Origin: Methanosuratincola petrocarbonis
GTDB lineage: Archaea > Thermoproteota > Methanomethylicia > Methanomethylicales > Methanomethylicaceae
Direction of reading: 5' to 3'
DNA: 64,000 bases
Assembly (NCBI GenBank): GCA_030522375.1
Contig: CP130488.1
Coordinates: 442 to 64,441, forward strand
The first letter of the stretch is position 1. Each line of letters starts with the position of its first letter. Below are positions 37,429 through 47,092 of the stretch, one piece after another. The notes under the pieces are model-generated. The model did not search any database. It was not told the DNA's origin and saw only the letters and a list, made by a program, of their open reading frames with translations. The position numbers and the translations under genes are program-made.

Positions 37429-39163
37429 ATGAAAAATAGAATTTTATACTTATACATATTAATTAGTTGTACATTTATATTCTTCATTTATGAATCAACT
37501 TTTTTACCACAAAAGTTACCCACTCATGTCTTCTATTTAATTGCCATAATACTTTCATTATCTATTGTTTTATTTGCATTCTTTTCAAAAAATATAATTG
37601 GTTATGTGCTTACAATTTCTTTTATTTCTTTTTTAATAAAAGAAGCATTTTTATCTGTGGTCCCTCCATCAATTATTTCTTTATATTTAGATAATTATGT
37701 TATCTACCAAGTTGCAAATGGTATCGCTACTTATTCTCGTATCCCTCCTATAGATTATTACTCTAATGCTGCAATTTTTGTTGCAAAGCAACCTGTGGCC
37801 CCCGTATTCTCTGTTATTTTTTCAGGGATAACTGGCGTTCCATTAGAATTAAGTCTAAGACATTTAGGCTGCGTTATTGGAGGATTGATTATTCCTATTG
37901 TGATTTGTCTCCTTTATAACCCGCTGGAAAAACAATTTGGTTATCAGTCTTTCAAATTTAGTCACTTGTCTCTATTATTTTCTCCTTGGATAGTTTTCTT
38001 TTTGATATGGGGTCACTATTCAATTTATAGTATCACATATTTTGCAATTATGAGTTTTATAATATTAAGGTATCTCATTATAGAAAGAAGAATTGGTGTA
38101 GGATGCATAATTTTATGGTCAATAACCTCCATTGCGATTTCATTTGCGCATGTTTATTTATCTGTTATTGCATTAGCAATTTTTGGGTTGACGCTGTTTT
38201 GCTTTATTATATTATTGTATGGTGCGAATTACACGAGAAGATTTTTTAACCTTTTATGTATTTATTCGATCAACCTAATCATATATGTTTTGTTTTTTTT
38301 TTGAGGAAACTATAACTTCAATACTGTTTAGTTTAGCATTACTTTTTGAAGCAATAGTTATCGGAGACCCGTCTCGGGGAATCAACTTCTACTTTGCGGG
38401 TGGAGGAATTGAGGTGCCGTTTTATGTTAGGTTTTTGAGATGGGCTGGGGCAATTTCTTGGGCTTTATTGACAGCATTTTCTTTTATTTTGCTCTTAAGA
38501 AAATACCGAAATTCGAGAAAATTTTTAGCATACATAATGTATCTTAGTGTAGGCACGATAGGGTTTATTACTGCTCTACCCTATATTTTGGATCCAAAAT
38601 ATGGAACAGATCTGTTTAATCGATCTCTTTATTTCTTTGGTCTAATGTGTGCAGCCCCGTTTGTAGGTTTTATTTCCAAACATTTTTCAGGAAAATTGAA
38701 GAAAGTAATATATTTCATATTTTTAACTCTGATTATAAATTTTGGAATCACAATGACTCCTGTTGATTTCCAAAGCTGGAATTATCCCATAAGAGGTGGA
38801 GAAGACATTCGTCTTTATCCATCTGAGTGGGCGGCAGCAGGCACATTTACATTAAATTATGCTGATAGCTTGAGTTCGGCCTGCGGTCTTAGGCAAGGTT
38901 TGTCAACAATTGGTTATTTTAGTAGGATAAATTACTATGAAATACAACCGTCTGCCTCAAATCAACTTGTTTTTATTCCACCAGATGAATGGGATGAACT
39001 AAAAAATTATTGGACGGATTGTTGCTTTTTAAGAAAAAGTATTACAAAATACGAGGAAGTGCCGGGATATGTGGTTCAAAATTCTACATTTGATGAGCTG
39101 ATTAGTTCTGTCAAAATTGTTTATACTTGCACTGATGTGTTTATGATTTATTATAGAAATTAA
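37429..39163 (+). CDS. Polytopic membrane protein with ~9-11 TM segments and a C-terminal soluble domain, GT-C-like glycosyltransferase or polymerase candidate. It is split into ORFs 37429-38304 and 38285-39163 by a +1 frameshift in a T10 run (38293-38302).
   Basis: Removing one T fuses the frames to give ...YVLFFFEETITSILFSL.... Both halves are very AT-rich and hydrophobic. A GT-C-like architecture is inferred from the TM domain plus periplasmic-type C-terminal domain. Confidence 0.5.
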
Positions 39164-39164
39164 T

Positions 39165-40277
39165 ATGAAGATTCTTATTATTGGTAATAACATTTCTAAG
39201 CCTTACTTGGGTCCTTCAGCAGTTTTAAACAACACATTAAAAGGTTTTTATAAAATAGATAAAAAACTTGAAAAATATGGTATAAAACTAACTTTTATGT
39301 CAATAAATGAAAATGTTGACAAACTGCTTAGTGAAAATATTAAAATAGTGGGCGTGAAGAGATATCGCTATCCTTTTGTTACTGTCACATATGAAATTCA
39401 GTCTTTATTGTTTTCTCCAAAAGAAAAATTTAATGCCGTTCACTCGCATATATTGTATGAGATTTTTCCTTGGATAATTAAGTTTCCAACATTTTTTACA
39501 CTTCATGGAATTTTTTGGAAAGAAAAGAAATATATGAATAATAAATTTTTATCCGAATATTCAAATTTAGTAAACACTCTAAGACTTACTTTTTACTCTA
39601 GTCATATTGCTGCACTTGTAGCAGTTTCTCCATATGTTATTGAAGAGCTCGAAGCGATGGGATTTGATATCAAAAAGGCGGTAGTGATAGAAAATCCTGT
39701 TTCGGACGAGTTCTTCGAAATAGAGAAAGAACAAGACGATATGATCCTATATCCTGCAGCCCTAAATGCAAGAAAGAACCAACTTGGCTTCCTTAAGGCT
39801 TTCGCTTCAGTTAAGAATGAGCTTAAAGGGTACAAGTTAGTTTTTACAGGCTCCGGGGATTCCGGTTATTATGCAACGCTCAGGCATTTCGCGGAAAAGC
39901 ATGGCTTGAATGCAGCGTTCCTCGGTAAAGTCCCCTATAAAGAAATGGTGCGCCTTTACTCCAGAGCTTCCTTCGTGGCCTTAACTTCATTCCAGGAGAC
40001 GCTCCCAATGGCGGTTCTTGAATCCCTGGCATCCGGCACTCCCGTTCTCGCCTCGCGGGTCGGAGGCTTGCCCTACGTCATCGAAGATAACATTAACGGT
40101 CTTCTAGTGAATCCGTTCAACCATCTAGAAATAGCGGAGAAAATTATCGCTTTGACAGACAAGAGTCTTCGCGAAAAATTGGCTGCAAATGCTAAAAGAA
40201 CTGCCGAAAAATACAGAAGTGATGTGGTCGCAAAAAAGCTTCTTGAATTGTATCTAACTAGAGTAAATATGTATTAA
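39165..40277 (+). CDS. Family 4 glycosyltransferase. Its C-terminal 213 aa are identical to the next gene.
   Basis: The GT-B C-terminal domain reads ...FTGSGDSGYYATLRHFAEKHGLNAAFLGKVPY...ETLPMAVLESLASGTPVLASRVGGLPYVIEDNINGLLV. The N-terminal domain is diverged from that of 40280-41377. Confidence 0.75.
   Translation: MKILIIGNNISKPYLGPSAVLNNTLKGFYKIDKKLEKYGIKLTFMSINENVDKLLSENIKIVGVKRYRYPFVTVTYEIQSLLFSPKEKFNAVHSHILYEIFPWIIKFPTFFTLHGIFWKEKKYMNNKFLSEYSNLVNTLRLTFYSSHIAALVAVSPYVIEELEAMGFDIKKAVVIENPVSDEFFEIEKEQDDMILYPAALNARKNQLGFLKAFASVKNELKGYKLVFTGSGDSGYYATLRHFAEKHGLNAAFLGKVPYKEMVRLYSRASFVALTSFQETLPMAVLESLASGTPVLASRVGGLPYVIEDNINGLLVNPFNHLEIAEKIIALTDKSLREKLAANAKRTAEKYRSDVVAKKLLELYLTRVNMY
39615..40253 (+). 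repeat. Copy 1 of a perfect ~639-bp direct repeat (copy 2 at 40724-41362).
   Basis: Nucleotide-for-nucleotide identity was checked by eye across the whole segment. The antisense track ORFs 39602-39835 and 40705-40944 are near-identical over the shared segment. Confidence 0.9.
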
Positions 40278-40279
40278 AT

Positions 40280-41377
40280 ATGACGATTCTTATAATAGGG
40301 TCAAAAATTTCTAACCCTTATCTTGGTCCTTCAACAGTCCTTAGCAATACTTTGAAGGGATTTTTAAAAATCCAGAAAGAACTTGAGAAATATGGTGTTA
40401 AAATAACTTTTCTATCACTTAATGACAATATTAATAAAAAATTTTCAAAATATATCCGAGTAATCAGCTATAGAACTTACCCTCCAATTACCTTTACAGG
40501 GGAACTCCAAGCAGTGGTTAACAAATCTAAAGAGACGTTCGATATAGTACACGCTCACGGGATTTACGACCTTTTTCCATACATCTTTTCTAATACGCCA
40601 ACCATTTTTACCCTTCATGGAATCTTTTGGAAAGAGATCTTTTTCAAAAGCAAACTGTACTCAAAACTATACCTAAAGCTTGGGGAGTTGCGACTGAGGT
40701 TTTATTACCCAAAGATTACAAGGTTTGTAGCAGTTTCTCCATATGTTATTGAAGAGCTCGAAGCGATGGGATTTGATATCAAAAAGGCGGTAGTGATAGA
40801 AAATCCTGTTTCGGACGAGTTCTTCGAAATAGAGAAAGAACAAGACGATATGATCCTATATCCTGCAGCCCTAAATGCAAGAAAGAACCAACTTGGCTTC
40901 CTTAAGGCTTTCGCTTCAGTTAAGAATGAGCTTAAAGGGTACAAGTTAGTTTTTACAGGCTCCGGGGATTCCGGTTATTATGCAACGCTCAGGCATTTCG
41001 CGGAAAAGCATGGCTTGAATGCAGCGTTCCTCGGTAAAGTCCCCTATAAAGAAATGGTGCGCCTTTACTCCAGAGCTTCCTTCGTGGCCTTAACTTCATT
41101 CCAGGAGACGCTCCCAATGGCGGTTCTTGAATCCCTGGCATCCGGCACTCCCGTTCTCGCCTCGCGGGTCGGAGGCTTGCCCTACGTCATCGAAGATAAC
41201 ATTAACGGTCTTCTAGTGAATCCGTTCAACCATCTAGAAATAGCGGAGAAAATTATCGCTTTGACAGACAAGAGTCTTCGCGAAAAATTGGCTGCAAATG
41301 CTAAAAGAACTGCCGAAAAATACAGAAGTGATGTGGTCGCAAAAAAGCTTCTTGAATTGTATCTTTCCTGCGGTTGA
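40280..41377 (+). CDS. Family 4 glycosyltransferase, tandem paralog with an identical C-terminal half.
   Basis: The same C-terminal GT-B domain is present. The N-terminus MTILIIGSKISNPYLGPSTVLSNTLKGF is ~65-70 % identical to MKILIIGNNISKPYLGPSAVLNNTLKGF. Confidence 0.75.
   Translation: MTILIIGSKISNPYLGPSTVLSNTLKGFLKIQKELEKYGVKITFLSLNDNINKKFSKYIRVISYRTYPPITFTGELQAVVNKSKETFDIVHAHGIYDLFPYIFSNTPTIFTLHGIFWKEIFFKSKLYSKLYLKLGELRLRFYYPKITRFVAVSPYVIEELEAMGFDIKKAVVIENPVSDEFFEIEKEQDDMILYPAALNARKNQLGFLKAFASVKNELKGYKLVFTGSGDSGYYATLRHFAEKHGLNAAFLGKVPYKEMVRLYSRASFVALTSFQETLPMAVLESLASGTPVLASRVGGLPYVIEDNINGLLVNPFNHLEIAEKIIALTDKSLREKLAANAKRTAEKYRSDVVAKKLLELYLSCG
40724..41362 (+). repeat. Copy 2 of the perfect ~639-bp direct repeat.
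   Basis: Identical to 39615-40253; the offset is 1109 bp. Confidence 0.9.
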
Positions 41378-41893
41378 ATTTAGCCACTTCCGTTCCACTA
41401 GTCTATTTTCCTTTAAGTTAAAAATCCGAATTACATCAATATAGAATGCCTAGTTTTGGTGTGATTTGACATTTAATGTGACATAACATCTTCCTTGGAG
41501 AAAAGTTTTCAGCCGCAAAGACTAAGAAATCGTTCCCCCTCCTTTGAATCTGGAATTCCTTTTTATGTAAAGCTTGGATGAACCACTCAGTTTAGGCATT
41601 GGCTTTACTTGGGTATTAGATGCGCCCCCTTCGTCTAGCGAACTATTTTTCGGGATCGAAAGAACAGCTAGGAAAATCAATCAAAACGAAAGATAAGGTG
41701 CCAATGTATGAAATCATCTGCAGTTCGTGGATGCGGTGTTGAGAACTTGGCAACTATCTCGAAACGCACATTTCCACTCGGAACGAAATCAGGGGCATGG
41801 ACGGATCAAATCACATCTGTAGGATCGAATTTACTTTAGAGGCATCGGTTATAAAGCCCGGCCCACAAAACCTTCTGCAATCAGGTGCCCGCG

Positions 41894-42646
41894 AATGAAA
41901 CGCCTGGACCGGAGGGAGAGGAACCGCCTGAAGGGCGAGCGCTTCGAGGAGCTCGTCGAGCTTCTCTTCAGGTCGATGGGTACGCCACGAAGATGAAGAC
42001 CGGCGACAACTTCGTCCAGACAAAGGACTTCGACAAGTTGCAGATCGACATCATCGCCGAGAAGCCAGGCGACAGGGTGCTGGTCGAGTGCAAGAACTAC
42101 TCCCTTTACCCGATCTCGCAGAAGGAAATCCACTACTTCTACTCCGCCCTGGAGGCCGCCGGCAGCGGCTAGAGGGGCGTCTACGTCACGTGGAACGCCT
42201 ATGAGGATCCAGTAAAGAGGAACGCGCATGGCAAGCCGATCGATCTCTGGTACATGTCGACGCTGATGGAGCACGCGAAGCGCAACCCGGAGTTCTTCAA
42301 GGACCTTTTGTCACTCTCCGCCGACGGGCTGGTCGAGCGGTACCGCAACGACCATGCCTTCATCGACACGGTCCTGACACTCGCCGCTGGCAGGGACCCC
42401 CGCTTCGAGGCGCTGAGCCAGACCGAGGAGGAGCTGCCCGCCCCCGAGAACTTCAGCAAGGAGGGCTGGAGGAAGGCGGTCGAATTCGAGGCGTATTGCA
42501 GGGGCCTCTTCAGCAGGAAGTACTTCGAGATAGTGATGTACACGAAGGACCTCCAGGGCGAGGGTGCGGAGAGCGTGGACCGCCTCTACTACCCGGACTA
42601 CGTAATCGAGTATAAGCCGACCAGGGAGAGGTTCAGCGTCGAGTGA
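41894..42646 (+). pseudogene. Decayed Mrr-like (PD-(D/E)xK) restriction endonuclease-domain gene. It has a -1 frameshift near 41975 and an in-frame TAG at 42170-42172.
   Basis: Frame 1 reads MKRLDRRERNRLKGERFEELVELLFRSMG..., an Mrr_cat N-terminus. After the shift the sequence reads YATKMKTGDNFVQTKDFDKLQIDIIAEKPGDRVLVECKNYS, a PD-DxK core. After the TAG stop the same frame continues RGVYVTWNAYEDPV... into ORF 42254-42646. Confidence 0.55.
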
Positions 42647-42661
42647 AAATACCGATCGAAC

Positions 42662-42913
42662 ATGCCAGAAGACGATTCGTCCATCGAATGGACCAGCCAG
42701 AGGCGACTCGAGCAGTACCTGGAGTTCTCAGAGAAGGAGGATTTCCCGCTCTTCGTCGTGATCGGGGTCGGCGGGACGCCCTCTTCCCCGGAGCGGATGT
42801 TCTGCCTGCCCCTCGACGAGGCGGACTCGCCGACAATCGACGCCTGCGTCTACCTCAACAGGGAGCGCGACCCTGCAAAGATGTTCTATTGGAAAGACGG
42901 GTGCCTTGAGTGA
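42662..42913 (+). CDS. Hypothetical small protein, possibly a remnant of the same decayed locus.
   Basis: The ORF is 83 aa and its composition resembles the neighbouring degraded gene. No motif was recognised. Confidence 0.2.
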   Translation: MPEDDSSIEWTSQRRLEQYLEFSEKEDFPLFVVIGVGGTPSSPERMFCLPLDEADSPTIDACVYLNRERDPAKMFYWKDGCLE

Positions 42914-43125
42914 GGACGCCTCGAGGAGAGCAGTTACTGCTGGACTCTTGTGCCTAACAACGGTCTATGCCTGACCAAAAAAGGCTCATAAATCCATGTA
43001 ATACAAACCTCCCAAAGAATCAGCCAACTTCAGTGCTCAATCCTCCCTTGCATTTTCAATACCGCGCAAGGCGCCAACTTTCATATATACTCTAAACCAC
43101 TACTTTGATCCGAGGAGTGCCCCAA

Positions 43126-44184
43126 ATGAAAGCCCTCGTCCTCTCTGGCGGCAAAGGCACGCGCCTCCGCCCCCTGACCTTCACGATAGCGAAGCAGCTC
43201 ATCCCGGTGGCGAACCGCCCAATCCTCGGCTACGTCCTCGACCAGGTGGTCCAGGCGGGGATAAGGGAAGCCGGCATAATCATCGCCCCCGAGACCGGGC
43301 AGTACGTGAAGGAATACGTGAAGGATGGCTCCGAGTGGGGTCTCTCCGTGGAGTACATCCCCCAGGAGCCACTCGGCCTCGCCCACGCGGTGAAGACCGC
43401 CCAGCCGTTCCTCGGAGATTCGGACTTCGTGATGTGCCTCGGGGACAACCTGCAGGGGAAGGGCATCGCTGGGCTCGTCAGGCGCTTCCGCGACGAAAAA
43501 CTGGACTGCCTCATCCTCCTCAAGGAGGTCGCAGAGCCGCAGCGCTTCGGGATCGCAGCCCTATCACCGGACGGGCGCGTCATCAGGGTCGTCGAGAAGC
43601 CCAAGGACCCGCCGAGCAACCTCGCAGTAGTCGGCACCTATGTCTTCTCCCCCAGGGTCCACGAAGCCATAACGCGGATAAAGCCCTCCTGGCGCGGCGA
43701 GCTCGAGATCACGGACGCGATCCAGGCGATGATCGACATGGGTCTCCGGGTCGGCGCAGAGGTCCTTGACTCCTGGTGGCTCGACACGGGCAAGAAGGAC
43801 GACATCCTCACCGCGAACTCGATCGTCCTCGACGAGTACCTGGAGCGCCGGGTCGAGGGCGAAGTCATCGACAGCGTTGTGGAAGGCAGGGTGCGCATAG
43901 CGCCTGGCGCCAAGGTCATCGGCAGCAGGGTCAGGGGCCCGTCGGTGATAGGAAAGGGGGCGGTCGTGGAGCGGTCCTGCGTCGGTCCCTACTCGAGCAT
44001 CGGCGACGGGGCGAGGGTGGCGGACTCCTGCGTCGAGAATGTGGTTCTGATGGAGTGCTCCTCGGTCGAGGGCGTGGAGCGCCTGGAGGACAGCCTCGTC
44101 GGGAAGCACTCGAGGATCAGGAAGAACTGCCGGGGGAGGTCCGTGAAGGTCACGGTGGGGGACTACTCAGAGGTTGATGTTTAA
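43126..44184 (+). CDS. rmlA: Glucose-1-phosphate thymidylyltransferase, long archaeal form with a C-terminal hexapeptide-repeat domain.
   Basis: The N-terminus MKALVLSGGKGTRLRPLTFTIAKQLIPVANRPIL is a sugar nucleotidyltransferase motif. The C-terminus has LbH repeats. SD GGAGTG lies upstream. Downstream are rmlD, rmlC and rmlB. Confidence 0.85.
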   Translation: MKALVLSGGKGTRLRPLTFTIAKQLIPVANRPILGYVLDQVVQAGIREAGIIIAPETGQYVKEYVKDGSEWGLSVEYIPQEPLGLAHAVKTAQPFLGDSDFVMCLGDNLQGKGIAGLVRRFRDEKLDCLILLKEVAEPQRFGIAALSPDGRVIRVVEKPKDPPSNLAVVGTYVFSPRVHEAITRIKPSWRGELEITDAIQAMIDMGLRVGAEVLDSWWLDTGKKDDILTANSIVLDEYLERRVEGEVIDSVVEGRVRIAPGAKVIGSRVRGPSVIGKGAVVERSCVGPYSSIGDGARVADSCVENVVLMECSSVEGVERLEDSLVGKHSRIRKNCRGRSVKVTVGDYSEVDV

Positions 44185-44213
44185 TAATTTACTGTTGGCG
44201 GGCTGGTTCTCTG

Positions 44214-45152
44214 ATGAGGTTTCTGATCTCTGGCGCGGGCGGTCTGCTGGGCTCAAAGCTCGCCGAGGTCGCGATCGCCGCAGGTCATGTTGTCTTCGCC
44301 GGGTACTCCAGCGCCCCGCCTCCCTGCGGCACCCCGGTCCGCCTGGACCTGACCGACCCAGATTCAATCAAGAGCGCCCTGCGCGCATCCGCCCCCGACG
44401 TGGTCTTCCACTGCGCGGCTCTTACGGATGTGGACAGGTGCGAAGCTGAGAGGGAGCTCGCCCTGAGGATCAATGCGGAGGGGACCGAGCGGTTCGCGAA
44501 ATCCGCCTCCGAATTCGCCCCGCTCTTCGTCTACGTCTCCACCGATTACGTTTTCGACGGATCCCGCGGGATGTACTCCGAGTCTGACCAGGTCAGCCCT
44601 GTCAACTTCTACGGGTACACGAAGCTGCTGGGGGAGAGGCACGCCCTCTCCTGCTCGAAAAAAGCCCTGGTGGCGCGCACGAGCGTGATTTACGGCGCCT
44701 GCCCCTCGAGGGGGAAAGTGAACTTCGCCCTCTGGATAACCGAATCCCTCCTCCAATCGAGACCCGTCGCCCTGCTCACCGATCAGTGGGTCTCTCCGAC
44801 CCTGAACTCCAGCCTCGCCAGGATGCTCCTCGAAGCCGCTGAGCGCGGTCTGACTGGGGTCTATCACCTGGCAGGAGCCTCGCGCGTCTCCAGGTACGAA
44901 TTCGGCCTCTCCTTGGCCAGGGCGTTTGGCTTCAAGTTGGGACTAGGGGGGATCAACGGGGGAGGGGACTCGGCGCTTAAGCCGGCACTCATGTCTGACT
45001 TTGTCGGCAAGTGGGTCGCGAGGCGCCCCAGGGACTCTTCGCTGGACGTTTCGAAGGCTTCATCCACCCTCGACGAGAAGCCGCTCCCCTTGGGGCTGTC
45101 AATTGAAGAGTTTAAAAAGGAATACTTGCAGATAAAGCGTGGTGTTCCCTGA
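44214..45152 (+). CDS. rmlD: dTDP-4-dehydrorhamnose reductase.
   Basis: The N-terminus MRFLISGAGGLLGSKL is a Rossmann motif and YGYTK carries the catalytic Tyr/Lys. The gene is in the operon position. Confidence 0.75.
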   Translation: MRFLISGAGGLLGSKLAEVAIAAGHVVFAGYSSAPPPCGTPVRLDLTDPDSIKSALRASAPDVVFHCAALTDVDRCEAERELALRINAEGTERFAKSASEFAPLFVYVSTDYVFDGSRGMYSESDQVSPVNFYGYTKLLGERHALSCSKKALVARTSVIYGACPSRGKVNFALWITESLLQSRPVALLTDQWVSPTLNSSLARMLLEAAERGLTGVYHLAGASRVSRYEFGLSLARAFGFKLGLGGINGGGDSALKPALMSDFVGKWVARRPRDSSLDVSKASSTLDEKPLPLGLSIEEFKKEYLQIKRGVP

Positions 45153-45656
45153 ATGCTTCCTGGCATCGTTGTGAAGCCCCTCAGCCGGCATGTGGACGAG
45201 CGGGGAAACTTTACAGAGATCTTCCGATCGGACATGAAGGATATCTTGGGAGACGACACAATCGTCCAGTCGAACCTCTCCTATTCCTACCCGGGCGTGA
45301 AGAGGGCCTGGCACAGGCACGAGCGGGGTCAGGTCGACTACTTCGTCTGCATAGGTGGGGCAATAAAGATCTGCGCTTACGACGACGCGACCGCCGAGCT
45401 CGACGAGATCGTCTCCTCCGCAGCTTCCCTCCAGGTCGTGAGGATCCCGGGTCATTACTGGCACGGCTTCAAGGTGGTGGGGAGCGAGCCAGCCACGCTG
45501 GTCTACTTCACGACCAGGCTCTACGACTACAAGTCGCCTGACGAGCTGAGGCGCCCTTGGGATGACCCGACCGTTGTCCCGAAGTCGATAAACGGGAAGG
45601 TCAACGACCCCCGCGTCGGGAAGCCCTGGGACTGGGACTTCGTTCTGTACAAGTGA
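45153..45656 (+). CDS. rmlC: dTDP-4-dehydrorhamnose 3,5-epimerase (cupin).
   Basis: The protein is 167 aa. It carries the motif DERGNFTEIFR, a His-containing active-site region (WHRHE) and RIPGHYWHGF. Confidence 0.8.
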   Translation: MLPGIVVKPLSRHVDERGNFTEIFRSDMKDILGDDTIVQSNLSYSYPGVKRAWHRHERGQVDYFVCIGGAIKICAYDDATAELDEIVSSAASLQVVRIPGHYWHGFKVVGSEPATLVYFTTRLYDYKSPDELRRPWDDPTVVPKSINGKVNDPRVGKPWDWDFVLYK

Positions 45657-45670
45657 CGGGCGTGAGTCGC

Positions 45671-46672
45671 ATGCGGCTGCTGGTCACCGGGGGTCTTGGA
45701 TTCATAGGCAGCAACTTCATAAGGCTCTGCCTCCGGATCCCGGAGTGCGAAGTCATAAACCTCGACAACCTCTCATACGGGTCGAATGAGTCCAACCTGA
45801 GGGAGCTCGCCGGCGATCCCCGCTACACATTCGTGAGGGGAGACATCTGCGACCCAAACTCGATCCGCCGGGCTTTGGTCATGGGCGTTGAAGCGGTGGT
45901 CAACTTCGCCGCCGAGACCCATGTGGACAGGAGCATCTCCGACCCCCTTAGGTTCTACAGGACGAACGTGGGCGGGGTTCTGAACATCCTTGAGTGCATA
46001 AGGGAGTGCGGTCGCGACATCCGCTTTCTACAGGTAGGGACTGACGAGAGCTACGGCGACATCCTCGAAGGCTCCTTCTCAGAGGGCGATCGCCTGTCCC
46101 CATCCTCGCCATACTCTGCCTCGAAGGCTTCCGCGGACCTCTTTGTCCTCGCGTACCGACGCACCTATGGTTTGGATGCCCTGGTGACGAGGTGCACGAA
46201 CAACTTCGGCCCGTTCCAGTTCCCGGAGAAGCTTGTCCCCAAGACGATCATACGTGCGCTCAATGGGCTCAAGATACCTATTTACGGCTCCGGGAGGAAC
46301 GTGAGGGACTGGATCTTCGTCGAGGACCACTGCGAGGCGGTCATGGTTGCACTTTTGCGCGGGAAGCCCGGGGAGATCTATAATGTCTCTGCAGGGAACG
46401 AACTCGACAACCTCTCCCTGGTCAAGAAGATCCTCTGCATCCTTGGTCGTGGCGAATCGCTGATAGAGCATGTTGAGGACAGGCCCGGCCACGACCTACG
46501 TTACAGCCTTGACTCATCAAAGGCTAGAAGGGATCTGGGGTGGCATCCGCGCCACGGCTTCGATGAAGCCCTCAAAAAGACTGTGGAGTGGTATGTGAAT
46601 AACGAGTGGTGGTGGCGCCCGCTCGCTGACGAGAGGATGCTCAGCCCTGCGCCTTGGAAATTGAAATGGTGA
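45671..46672 (+). CDS. rmlB: dTDP-glucose 4,6-dehydratase.
   Basis: Motifs MRLLVTGGLGFIGSNFIR and YSASKASAD (YxxxK) are present. The TDE catalytic triad is represented by VGTDESYG. Confidence 0.85.
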   Translation: MRLLVTGGLGFIGSNFIRLCLRIPECEVINLDNLSYGSNESNLRELAGDPRYTFVRGDICDPNSIRRALVMGVEAVVNFAAETHVDRSISDPLRFYRTNVGGVLNILECIRECGRDIRFLQVGTDESYGDILEGSFSEGDRLSPSSPYSASKASADLFVLAYRRTYGLDALVTRCTNNFGPFQFPEKLVPKTIIRALNGLKIPIYGSGRNVRDWIFVEDHCEAVMVALLRGKPGEIYNVSAGNELDNLSLVKKILCILGRGESLIEHVEDRPGHDLRYSLDSSKARRDLGWHPRHGFDEALKKTVEWYVNNEWWWRPLADERMLSPAPWKLKW

Positions 46673-47092
46673 TTGCGAGTTACAAATGACTTTCTACAAT
46701 TGATGGTATGCTATCTTAAAGACGAGCGTTCTCGCAATTTTCATACCGATTGAAAAGCGCCGTTTGGTGCCTGTTGCGTCGCGTGCCGCTGCGAGTGCTC
46801 TTGGTTCGAGTTCGCTGTGCAATATTGAGATTTCTGGTCAAGAAATTTCTCCGAGTATCAGTCCTAGTCAACATATCCGACAAAGGCAAGGCGTCCCGCT
46901 TACTCGGCACTATCGAGCAACAAGCTGGGGAGATGGGGCATAGAGATGCCCCACTAGATGCCTCACTGGAGGGACGCCCTCCGCCGCTACCTGGAAGAGA
47001 AAGGGCACTTGAAGCCTCTTTCTGTCGCTTGATCCCTTCCGAAAGCCTCGGGCACCGTTCGTTTTTTAAGAGGGTCGCCCTCTACATTTTTT

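Noticed and set aside
41380-41880. Possible ncRNA or tRNA in the 500-bp gene-free stretch after the GT4 pair.
   Set aside because: No convincing stem-loop architecture or conserved RNA motif could be identified by inspection. It was left unannotated.
42170-42172. The in-frame TAG in the Mrr-like gene as a possible pyrrolysine or readthrough codon.
   Set aside because: The same gene also carries a frameshift, so simple decay explains both lesions. No Pyl machinery is visible, and the context is not a methylamine methyltransferase.
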